From NCBI GenBank assembly GCA_051362555.1, contig CM120640.1:36475967-36539966 (forward strand): a DNA stretch of 64,000 nucleotides. Direction: 5' to 3'. Both the position numbers and the translations under genes were made by a program. Every line of letters starts with the position of its first letter. Within the stretch, counting starts at the first letter, position 1. Below, one piece after another: positions 41,009-53,300 of this stretch. This DNA comes from Lingula anatina (lineage: Eukaryota; Animalia; Brachiopoda). Below the pieces are notes generated by a model. It did not search any database. It was not told the DNA's origin and saw only the letters and a program-made list of their open reading frames with translations.

Positions 41009-44000
41009 CTAGTCCCAGACATCAATATCTCCCTTTCCTTTACGCCATTTATCTGAGTAGGTGCGTTTGTGGTTGGTTAGTTTATATCTTGTCATGGTGG
41101 CAGACGGATCTGCACTGAAAATGAATAGGGTTAAAGAGGACTAAAAAAAACCTACTGGAAGAGAATTTCTGAAGCAGGTAACAAAAAGATGCATGTAATT
41201 AAGTTATAAGCTTGAGAACTATTGAAGGGAGTTAATTGGTCTTTGTAGTGGCAGTGGGTTACACTTGGACGTGGAAATTCTCACACCAAACTACTTCAAG
41301 CTGTTTTTTAGTCAATCTGTTTATGCCATGAAATAAAAACTTAAAAAGTGCACCACTGAGGTTAAATTGTGGTCAAATTTGTCTTTACAAATAGCAAAAG
41401 ATTTTTCACTGTGAAATTTATTTTTCTTGACAAGGACTATCAAGTTGGCAATCTTGCACACAATGCTCATGTGGTCTGAAAGCTCAACAACACTGGGGTG
41501 TGCATGTAATCTGTATGTATCAGCTGAACACAGCCTGGAATGAGCGTGATAGCAGGGAAAACACCACAATAACTAAGCAATGGCCTCCATCTGTATCCAA
41601 TTAGTATAAAGGGAATACATACCTGCTATAAGTGAGCATATTAAAGTCATCCTTATCCGTTATGGACAAACCTCCTCTTCGTCTGAAATGATTTTAAGAT
41701 TTGAAGTTAGAATAAGACATTTACAGCTCGTGACCATGTATTGCAAGTAAAAGTGAAGAAGTAGGCTGTCTTGGGTTGAAATTCTAGAGTATGTTTCTAC
41801 ATTTAAGTGTTGTCGTGGTTTCCTTATCATTAGACTTGTTCAGTTTTGTTGTTTTTTACAAACACTAAAAAGAGTAGGAACAATATTTATGTATCCAAGA
41901 TAACTTGGCTTTGTTGTTGTGTTTGAAATGCCATATCTACAACATCCAGACTGAATGGTAAGAAAGACATGGCAATTAGATGTTACACACAGAGGTTTAA
42001 TTCTGGCTTGTGGTGGAATATTTTATTTAGTCTGTACGAAAGTTTTTCAATTTAAACTAAAGGTGCGCAATGTAAAATGAATATCAAATGTTAAGTTGAC
42101 AAAGGGTTTTCAAGATTAGTTAAAATGCAATAAATCAGAACAACTTGGACCAACTATTCACCTAGATCCCTTTAAAATACTTTTTCTTCTTACAGTGAGC
42201 ACTGCAAGTTTCAGAGGATACTCGAACCCTGCCTCACAACTATGAGTATGCCTCTGCTGATTTTAGCTGATAGTGAAGAGGTGAGTGTCCTCTAAAACTC
42301 AGGGTGACAATGACATATTCAAGGTTGCAATGAGCACACACTTACCTTCTACAAAAGAGCCACAATCCAAATATGGCTGCTGCTATCACCAATATCAACA
42401 CTATGGGCACAGCTATGTACAGGGCCAATTTCTGTTGATCTGCCATAGTTTGGGTAGCAGGCTTGCCTGCACCAGATTGTGTGGTATTACTTGTAGTACT
42501 AAGTGACGCTGTACTTTCCATAGTGGTGCTTGTAGATGGTATGATTTTCATGGTGCTTGCAGTACTTATTGTGGTGCTTGAAGGGGATGTGTTAGTGGTA
42601 GAAGCTATGGTACTTTGAATTGTACTGGAACTGGTACCAAGTTCTGTACTCGTGGTAGTAGGAGTGGTAGTAGGTGTTGTACCAGTGGTTGTTGTTGTAC
42701 TGGATATAGTTGTACTAGATGATGTTGTACTAGATGTTGTTGAACTAGATGTTGTTGTACTAGATGCTGTTGTACTAGATATGGTACTACTAGCTGTACT
42801 TGTTGTACTGAGGATTGTCCGGGTGGGTGTTATGGTTGTATTGGTACTTGTAGGAGACACACTTGTTTCCGTGCTTGTTGTACTATATGTAGAGCTTCTA
42901 GGGGTAGTAGAAGTTTCAGAAGCCCTTGTTGTATTTAAAGGTGCAGGTGTTGTGGCTGTTGTGCTTTCAACCAAAGAAGTGGTGGTACTTTTGGTTGTAC
43001 TTGTAGGTGAGGCATTAGTGTGAAACAGAGTAGTTGTACTTAGTGTTGCACCTGTAGTAGAGATGTTTGGAGTTTTAGTTACTGAAACTGAAGAAATTTT
43101 GTTAGTGGTACTAACAGTTGCATTTATTGTGCTACTGGTAGCTGAAGTGGTCAAAAGGGTGGTGCTTTCTGATGCATTTGTTTTGTTTGAGGGGGGGAAA
43201 CTTGGTGTACTATAACTTATATTTTTTGAGGTCCCAGATGGCAAAGTGGTTACTTCAGTAGCTGTTGTATTTAAAGAAGGTATACTGAAACTTATTGTAG
43301 TGCTAGTCGAGGAAGTGGTTGTTGTACCTAGAGTTGAATTAATGGGTATGGTTGTTGCTCTGGTACTTTGATGGAAAAGATCACCTGTAGTTGGTATGGT
43401 TTTAATGCTAGGTGTGGTCGATGTTGCATCAGTAGGTGTTACAGAAGGGGTGGTTGCAACTGCTTGTTGAGTTGTTTTTGAAGTGCTTGTTGTATTGGTT
43501 GTGTTATTTGGTGTGGTACTTGAATAGGAAAGATTAATTGTTGCTGATGAGCCTGTAAAAGTAGACACACTTGATGCTGTTTGAGTGGAGGAAGGTGTTG
43601 TTACTGAGGAGATTGAAGATGGTTGCCCAGGGGTGGTTGATTCTACCTGCTGTATTGTGGTTTTGGATGTAGCACTTTCAGATGATGATGATGTGGTTGA
43701 AGCATATTTGGTAGTGCTTGAAGGTGTGCTGGTTATATAACTTGATGAAAAATTTGATCTATTTCCCATGTTTTGTGTGGTTGTGGTTGGAGGATTGGTT
43801 GTGAGACCTCCCGTTGTTGTAGTAGTGGTGGGGGTTTGGGTAATCTGTCCATTTGTGGTTGTGTGTATTGTAGAAGATGTGGTTGCTTGTCCAGGTAAGG
43901 TAGTAGCTGCTTGTCCAGTTGTGGTTGTGGTAGTTTGTCCAGGTAAAGTTGTACTGGCTTGTCCTGTTGTGGTAGTGGTAGTTTGTCCAGGTAAGGTTGT

Positions 44001-46810
44001 TGCTGCTTGTCCTCTTGTGGTAGTTTGTCTAGGTATGGTTGTAGCTGTTTGTCCTGTTGTTGTAGTGGTAGTTTGTCCAGGTAAGGTTGTAGCTGTTTGT
44101 CCTGTTGTGGTAGTGGTAGTTTGTCCAGGTAAGGTTGTTGCTGCTTGTCCTCTTGTGGTAGTGGTAGTTTGTCTAGGTATGGTTGTTGCTGCTTGTCCTG
44201 TTGTTGTAGTGGTCATTTGTACAGGTTTTGTTGTCCCTGCTTGTCCTGTTGTTGTAGTGGTAGTTTGTCCTGGTAAGGTTGTAGCAAATTGTCCTGGTGT
44301 GGCAGTGGCAGTTTGTCCAGGTAAGGTTGTGGCTGCTTGTCCAGATGTGGTTGTGGTAGTTTGTCCAGGTAAGGTTGTAGCTGCTTGTCCAGTTGTGGTA
44401 GTGGTAGTTTGTCTAGGTATGGTTGTTGCTGCTTGTCCTGTTGTGGTAGTGGTAGCTTGTCTAGGTATGGTTGTTGGTGCTTGTCCTGTTGTTGTAGTGG
44501 TCATTTGTACAGGTTTTGTTGTTGCTGCTTGTCCTGTTGTAGTGGTAGTTTGTCCAGGTAAGGTTGTAGCTGCTTGTCCCGTGGTGATAGTGGTAGTTTG
44601 TCTAGGTATGGTTGTTGCTGCTTGTCCTGTTGTGGTAGTGGTCATTTGTACAGGTTTTGTTGTTGCTGCTTGTCCTGTTGTGGTAGTGGTAGTTTGTCTA
44701 GGTATGGTTGTTGCTGCTTGTCCTGTTGTTGTAGTGGCAGTTTGTCCAGGTAAGGTTGTGGCTGCTTGTCCTGTTGTGGCAGTGGTAGTTTGTCCAGGTA
44801 AGGTTGTGGCTGCTTGTCCTGTTGTGGTAGTGGTTGTTTGTCCTGGTAAGGTTGTAGCAAATTGTCCTGGTGTGGCAATGGCAGTTTGTCCAGGTAAGGT
44901 TGTGGCTGCTTGTCCAGTTGTGGTTATGGTAGTTTGTCCAGGTAAGGTTGTAGCTGCTTGTCCAGTTGTGGTAGTGGTAGTTTGTCCAGGTAAGGTTGTG
45001 GCTGCTTGTCCAGTTGTGGTTGTGGTAGTTTGTCCAGGTAAGGTTGTAGCTGCTTGTCCAGTTGTGGTAGTGGTAGTTTGTCCAGGTAAGGTTGTGGCTG
45101 CTTGTCCAGTTGTGGTAGTTTGACCAGTTAAGGTTGTAGCTGCTTGTCCAGTTGTGGTTGTGGTAGTTTGTCTAGGTAAGGTTGTGGCTGCTTGTCCTGT
45201 TGTGGAGGTGGCAGTTTGTAAGGTTGTGCGAGTGGTTGTACTTTTAACAGTTGTGGAAGCTGTTCCCCCTGGAGAGGAACTGCTACTAGGTATATCGGAA
45301 GCAGCCATGGTGGTGGTGGTGGTTCCAGGCATTGTGGTTCCTGGCTTGGTTGCCGTAGTAACTGAAGTTTGGGTCGTGCTCTGGGCAAGGGCAAAACCTG
45401 TACCATGGCCTGAAATTGACGAAAAAGAACGTGTTTTTTATCTTGGGGAAAATAGCCGCTGCCATTTAAAATATGCATCATGTGCTTCACGCTAATTGCA
45501 AACTATCCAAATTCACATGTCCAATTGTTCTTATTTTTATTTTCTTGAACATGACAAAACTTCCTTTATAATAATGTTTTTATTTTTGTTTTATCGTGAT
45601 GAATAATGTCATTGCGGTTGACCATCAACTTTATTTTGTATAAGAATCGGCCATTTCAGTTCTGTGAAACAAATTCATACTTCTCTTTGTGGTAAATTAC
45701 CATCCCCGTGCTTCCTTTTGTTTGGAGAGGAATGTTATAGGCAGGCAAATAAACGTCGTGGTCAACAGAGATAAGTCAGCGGCGTGGCTTCTAAATTCAT
45801 TGGCTATAAAATGATTAGGTGTATGTGCTTCTCAGGGATACAATAAGCACATTTAGTGATGGTTTATATACATTTTTCGAATAAGTTCTCAAATGAAATA
45901 TCAGATGATAATACACGTACATTTCCTTATTTTTATTTAGAGAACTGTTTTACTCCTTGCCCCACGAAATCCCTTGGGGTTGTCTTGTGAAAACTGTCAA
46001 GTATGCTAGTCTTTGAAATAGATGGAATTGCTTTCGTCGTGACAAAAACCAAAACACGGACAGTGCAGCAAGCATTCCATCTTTCATTTTGACAATATAA
46101 ACCAATAATAAATTTTGGTGTATCCTTCAATTTTATGAACTGGTGTACTGATTGTTGACTACTGAGATACCTTTGTAAATTTTTTTTCCACAGGATACGA
46201 AAATGTGGAAAATATTACTTAAAGAAATGGTGTTATGAGGGGAGTCCTGTGGAATGGGAATTATAATAATATTTTTGCAATCAAATATTAGATTATTCAA
46301 CAGTGAATGAGAAAAAATACTGTAATACTAGAGTATATACAAAGACGATAAAAAAAGAACTGATTTCAGAAATGCAAACTAAGTGAAACTTTTACTGAAA
46401 GGTTAATTATAAATTATTAAATTTGACAGTTTCCAAAGGACAGAAGTATTAGTGGATTCCACAATTATAAGGTTTGGCTGTTTGGATTTCTGAACACTGG
46501 TGGCTAAAATCGTTTATTCTATTTCGGTAAAAGGTAGGGGATACCATGGTCTCCAATAGTCAGGGACACATTTCACTGGAGGCGTACTAATCGGTGTTGG
46601 GTATGTGAAGTGCTTCCTGACGTGTTCTTTCGGGATATGTTTTTAAACTATGTTTCCCTACTCTTCCTCGGCCGTTTTCTGTGCACTATAGGGGAGCTGA
46701 TGCGCCCCGAACTTAAAGTTACCTAACACAAAAAATAGACCTTTGATGGTATACACTTGTAACTTCTTACCTGAAACGACTAGAAGAACGCACAGCCACG
46801 CGACAATCAT
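41009..46810 (-). CDS. Type I transmembrane mucin-like glycoprotein (~1089 aa)
   Basis: Exons 46810-46771 (MIVAWLCVLLVVS), 45409-42346 (end of signal peptide GHGTGFALA, Thr/Ser-rich ectodomain, TM LALYIAVPIVLILVIAAAIFGLWLF), 41682-41623 and 41114-41009 (TAG); phases 1/2/2 are compatible. A probable non-coding first exon ends at the donor at 47558. Confidence 0.85.
43880..45210 (-). repeat. Coding tandem repeat, 48-bp / 16-aa unit (TTTTTGQAATTLPGQT), ~28 copies
   Basis: Visible in DNA and protein. Variant units IPRQ, KPVQM and ATPGQF recur, and length variants are whole codons. Confidence 0.93.
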
Positions 46811-48786
46811 GTTTGAGGACTGTGGGTAGTGTCGTATTTCATCAACCTAAAATGAAACAAAATTTTGAATAGAACTTCTTTTTAGCACATAAAATCAACA
46901 CTTATTGTATCAGGAGCTCGAAATTAGGACAGGCACTAAACGTGACATCAGGTTCCGCCAAAAGATAAAGTGTACCCAATTTGAATGTACGGTGTAATGA
47001 TATGTTTAGCAGGGACAACAATAACGACTTCGTCGTCCATAACTTCGAATTTATGTCAAGCTCCGGCTTGGCATTTAAACATTGCGGTCTTCTACACGTG
47101 AAGGCTTGCGGTACCCTTAAACGAAAGTAACGACCGTTAAATAAAGGAAACGCCCGAAGCAGGGACATAACGCGACGCTTACTATTTCCTATATGCTACA
47201 CTGCAGCAGAAATATTCGGGCATGCAAATCACATTTCCTGGAAGTATCTGTACAAAACAAAACAAAACTGCGTTCTTCGTCATGTCAGTCATACACTTTC
47301 TATGTCACTTCCCCCCCCCCCCCCCACCCCGCCCCATCAAACAGTTTTAAAGAAATAGTGACTACACACTCCTCAATGCACAGGTGAGACATAACGGGTA
47401 GACATAACAACCGGTGAAAAGATTCACACCATTCCTAATTCATCGCCGAACAAATACGAACAAATACGATTGATTAAGAAAGGCTTACTGATCCATTTTG
47501 TTGTATAGATACATGTACATGTAAGAACTGTTCATAAAATGAAAAAAATGCCACTTACCGCTGTCTCTTCCCTGTGTGAGAATCGCTTTTCCACCGATCC
47601 TATTTTATAAAGTGTTTTGATGCCAGTTCAAACGTCACTTGGGTGTCCTAGTCCGTGACGAAATCAACATATTTTTTCGATCATGATTCACTGGATTATA
47701 CCAAAAACACGTGCTTTCAGTCTAAATCGTTCTACGCCGTCACCGCGAAGGCTCGTGACTCTGCTCATGCGTCTACGTTGAGGCTTTATGACCTCAGCTT
47801 TCTCCGTCAAAGGTGTGGACAATTGTCAAGTTGGTTTGACCCGGTTTACTTCCTAGTTAGAAAACTAGGTGGTCTATAGAGCTTTCAGTGCGTTCTTTAC
47901 TCGAGGGTTGAGTAAACGCACACCTATATTATCCCATGAATGTTGACTTTGCAGCTTGCTTTGTATATGAACCTAACTACCTTGAACCGATGACATGTAA
48001 TCGAATCCAGGGCACATATCTTGACGCCTCGCTCGAAGAGTTATGACAACGTAACTAGAGCGTGTGTACCGGTCGGATAGTCTGTCTGTACAGTCGCACG
48101 TCCCAATGTGATGGCGGGCAGTGAACATCATGTTTTGCCAAATAAAGTACAGTTTCTTTTATTGCTAGGTTGTGTAGATCAGATCTGTGTACATATTAGG
48201 GAAGGGTTAATTTTTTTACATGTATGTATGAACACAATGGAGAAGAAATGACCACACGTCCCCCTGTTGCGATGCGATAAAAATGATTAATGTCCTCTCA
48301 TTAGTCAAACGTGACCGGGGTGAGTTACTTTTCTTCTTCTTTCGTACAGTCTGCATGTGGGGTTTTGCTGTTTCAATCATTGCTTTTTGTTTACAAATTG
48401 AATTTAACGGTTCATACCGGGAAAGTAGATCAATGCTAATTCTATTACTTTTCCCATTCCTTCATTCTAGCCGTCTGCTAACCTGTGAATTGTGACTTTG
48501 CATGTCAATATACTCTTGTTTTCCTTTTCTAGCACACCTACACTCGGATTCACTATTGAGTATAGTTTTGTGTTTGAACTAATTATGAAAAAAAAATGCA
48601 ACTTAGGGGCGAACAGTATTTTAATTCACACGTAAAATTTACGATCGTTTCTTGTAGGAGACAAGGTTTATACACAACATAATGTGAGAAATTTTAAGTA
48701 AAAAGTTATAAGTATTAGGCCAACTCCTAACATCTATGAAATAAATGAAATAATGCAATTGCCATATATCTTTCGACTACTTAGGT

Positions 48787-48788
<2 letters not shown>

Positions 48789-48865
<77 letters not shown>
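48789..48865. repeat. (AT)n microsatellite
   Basis: Read directly from the sequence. Confidence 0.95.
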
Positions 48866-48874
<9 letters not shown>

Positions 48875-49487
48875 GAAAATAGAAAGCACATGTTAAGAAA
48901 AAAGGAACAAATGAAGTCAATTTTAGCTATGATAAGATATAAGTATTTAAGTTAAACAATTTCTTTATGTGGAAAATATGAGGTAATTGAAAATCGCCAT
49001 TTTCCCCATATTTCCAATTAGCTACAATTTTTTCAACGCATTTATATTGTATTTCCACTGTTTCCTTTAACTTAAAATAAAAAAACGGCCTTTTTTTCTG
49101 ACGAAATGGACCCCCCCTCTCCTCTTTCCCACCACCACCAATATGCGGAGTAGCTAAAACATTTTTTAAAAAAAGTGTTGATTCAAACAAAAGTTTACAA
49201 ATCCACCTACAACACATATTGATTCATATCAAGTTTCGAATGAATGGAAAAGACGGGTGGCTTGTCCATTTTTGAGTATAAATAATTCACCTTGCAAATC
49301 ATACTAGGTCGACAAAGATAACGATTATCTCTGAACGTCCATCCTCAGACCGAAGTTCAATAATATCCAATCAACACTAAGGGGGGAGTGGATAAGATGG
49401 CAATATTAAAACGCCATTAGGTGGTGCATCCTCGACGTTGTTGAAACCTAGTTTATAGATGATTTTGAGAAGTTCTACATGTAAGCC

Positions 49488-50264
49488 ATGATCCGTGAAT
49501 ATAGGTAAGATAGGCTAGTTAGCTATGGTGTGCCTTCGGTGTGTGCTGTCTATGGTAGAGTGTTTTGGTAAATCAGAAGATCCAACTCACACTTTATCAG
49601 GCTGACTTATTTACACTGGATTAATACCACATTCAAACTACATTCATTTTCCCGAATGGGGGAATGAGGAATAAGTGTCTTGTCTCTTTCGCCCACCCTG
49701 AGTTTCATACGACACTAGAAACACTTCTCCGCCATCCACGTTTCTGTCGTACCCAGTATTTGCTAGTGGGAACAGCAGAAGTCTGCTTACAGCACAGAAG
49801 TGAATTTCCAGTGTCACAGGACACTCGAGGTGCCTTCACATTCCCATTCTTTTAAAAATTCCCAAGATCCGCCCCCACTTGCGCCGTAATCTTGTGTAGA
49901 TTAAATTAGTAATGAGTACTCGTGGATAAGTTTTTAGACAGGCTTTAATATGAAATGACAATTTATTCAATGTGTAACTCTTTAGGTTAGATATTGACAT
50001 AGATACTCGAGTAAAAAGCGTTTATCTATCTATATTACGAACAGCTACCAAATGGAGATTGCAGAATAAACGACTCTGCATGCTTGACAATAATTTAACC
50101 TTATAGTGGTAAAGTAAACTATTGTTGATTTGGTGTTGTTTCAGTTTATTTTGTGCTGCAATCATCATTGCCTTGTTATTTACGAGATGTTACTCTGAAA
50201 CGGACTCATACACTTGTCCTTCCGATTCAGGAAAAAACTCTTCAGTTATTATAGGTATCTATAC

Positions 50265-50316
<52 letters not shown>

Positions 50317-53300
50317 AATCCGCAGCCTACAATATACATTTCAATACTTATATATTTTACTCTTTTTTTTATGGTTTTTATCATTAAATTTTGATTAATT
50401 GTCTTAAATTGAATTTAATTCTTATTCATTTACTTGTTTATTAATTTTTGGCCCTATTCCCAATCATAGGTGTCATCTTGCCGGTTCTGCCTGAGGTTTA
50501 CTACGTCCAAGTTGAATGTAACATTGTCAACAAAAACCTTACCATACGGGCACAGGAATACTTTGACGGGCCAAATGGCCGAGCGTTAATGATACTGACC
50601 AAACAATCAGCCACCAGTTATTACTTGTTCCAGTACACCGTTGATCAACTTGTGACGTGGACAGAGGGTGAGGTCTTTATTTATTTATTTATTTATTTAT
50701 TTTTATTTATTTTTTTTTTTTCATCAGGCTTAAGTTAACTAAAAGTAAGGACTTCTTATCTATTTCTTCCAATGGCTTGGCTGAAGCGACCAGTGATTTA
50801 AGTCATACATGTATATTAAAATAGCAGCATACAATGCGTTCAACACTTTATATTAGGTTGCTAATTAAAGATTGATTTCAAGGTATTGTGCCTCAATTCT
50901 TTAATTATCCCGACTTTTCGGAAATTGAGAGTATCATAAGTTAGTTTTAAGAGATGTGTTTTTAGATGGAAGTTGCACCACTTCGAAGCTGGATCAGAAC
51001 GCCGTCGCCAATTTAATCGGCTACGTACCCGTCGCCCATGGTGTGCATATCCCATCTGCCAGAGATGTGTTCAAATTTGGAAGAAATTTCACTCAGGTTG
51101 AAATCACCAATTGTTTTAGTTAAAAGATTTGAGGATAATAAATGTACTCTTTTAAAGTTTATTCGAACTTTTATGGTTTAAGAACGTACAGGGTCCTGTG
51201 TTTCCAAATCTGTGTAATTCGCTTATACTCTTTTTCTACTCCCCCCCCCCCCCACACTTTCCATGTTTTAAAAAGGAAATTTTTGTCTCAGTGAATAAAT
51301 GTGTGATATTTCGTTTAGACTAACCTCTTTTCCTTTAGTAAAACATAGCCCCTGTGTTGCCTTCTTCTTAAAATTATCATTTGATTTTCGCCTTTCCAGA
51401 CGTTCGAAGGTAAAACCAGAGTCCGCGGCATTCCAGTGGACCATTGGAAAAGCTGCCAGGAGTGGTCTGCTATGAAAGCCAACTACACCTTAGACTATTA
51501 CTTCACACGTTAGTTGAAACAATGTATTATCGAAAAACTGAGAAAACTAATAGCAATAAGGATTCAATTTTCTTTAAGGACGATTAATTCCTGAATTCAG
51601 TCATGGTTGTTTTTGCGCCTATGCTCATTAAACTGAATGGGAAATAGGATACGAATCTTGAAAAGTAGATTAAATTATTGTTGCCCATTTTACAGGTTAT
51701 GGTAATTGGTTGCCAGCGTCAGAAAATGCCAATATTCAGAGTCCAGTGAGAGCAGAAGTCGCTGGCGTAATCACCAATGGCGATGGTTCAATAAATCACA
51801 GTTTTCACCATGTTTACGAGTATCACAGTTTTACAGAAACCCTACCTAAAGACCCGGATCCGTTCCAGGTAAGGTATTTTGCTCTTTTAACTTTTTTTTT
51901 AAAATTCGGGTCCTATTCATAATTTATGCATTATGTGCAACCTAAAACCCCGGTGTAGCGTGACAGAGAGTCCCCCATGATAGAGTCCGCTTTTCCATTC
52001 ATTTGTACAGGTAAGCCTCGCCTTAGATTTTCATCCACTCAGGTCAGGCTAACCCTAACCATTATAGCAAAACAGAGGGCGGACTTTCAGTTTCGTTACA
52101 CCAGCACTGTACAATGTAGTTGTAAAGCCACTGCGTAAATCTTCAACTGCTATATCTGTCGCATACCGTCTTTTTGGTCCATACATACGTGGCTAAGTTA
52201 GAGGTTTGAAATCCCTTTGTTTCGGTAGGTAAAACTTCAGTACGAGTGGCAAGTTCTTTGCTTTCAGCTCCCAGCAGGTCTCTACTGCCCTGGCTACATT
52301 CCCGTCTTCACCCGACCATTCCCGACTATTCCCGAAATGTTCGTCCTCTCCACGGAAACCATTCTACCTAACGGCAGAGAAGTGATCTACACTAAGGTAT
52401 TTATCATCCATTTTATTGAAAAGTTAGTCACGTCAAGTTTTTTTATCATAAAATCATATCATGTTCTATTACTTTTAAGAAACATTCTACGCCTTGCAGC
52501 TTATTTTTAAATAAACTCGGTATTATTTGATATCAAAGCACTTAGCGTTTATTTTCAAAGTCAGTCTTATTTGCCTTATTTGCTTCAACTGATGAAATTT
52601 CTTTTTATTTTCAGATGTGGTACAGTATAACGGACAAAATAGTAAGAGTTTCAGAGAAATTCACATCCGCCAACTCAAACCCTGTATCAACTGTATATGA
52701 TTTTGACAGAGGTAATTTTTTCTTTTTATGATTTTCACTTTACTATTAGTATTCTGTTTCTAAAATGACGGTTTAGTAGAATTGATGCATTTGTGAAATG
52801 TAATTTTTGCTTAGTATGTATAGATGGCCCAACCAGTGTGTATACAGTACATCCGAGGTAAGATGATTATCGGAGTGGGAGGGGATGTGAAATTTATTTT
52901 CACAAATAATGATCAGAGTGAAAAAAAAATACAAAAAACGTTATATCTTACAGGTTTGTCGTATACGATTGATGACCTCACGGGAAACTGCAAGGTCGGT
53001 TTTGTAGAGCCAGACAGCCCACTTTCGGCGCCAAACAGCGGTGCTCAGCTGCGAATGATAAGCGCCAAGGAGTATTTTTTTGCAGAAATCGAACCCAGTG
53101 AAATTTACTACACGGGCACGGTAATATCTTCAAAATACATTTAACTTAATGTAAAAAGAACTTAGCTCAAATTTTGTGTATATTTAACCGAAGCATTTCA
53201 GACTGAATCTTACGTTTAATTGTTGACTAAGCAACATAGGATAGCATTATAAAACAACTGTGAAAAAAGCTCTTTACTCAAATTTCTTACAGCGCGTGGT

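Noticed and set aside
43768-45123. 451-aa Val/Cys-rich + strand ORF (also 42652-43023 and 45154-45495)
   Set aside because: Antisense shadow of the Thr-rich mucin exon; the signal peptide, splice sites and TM helix are all on the - strand.
48355-48410. Alternative signal-peptide-like start MWGFAVSIIAFCL for the + strand membrane protein
   Set aside because: No convincing donor in the required phase; 49488-49504 fits phase 2 and completes a signal peptide.
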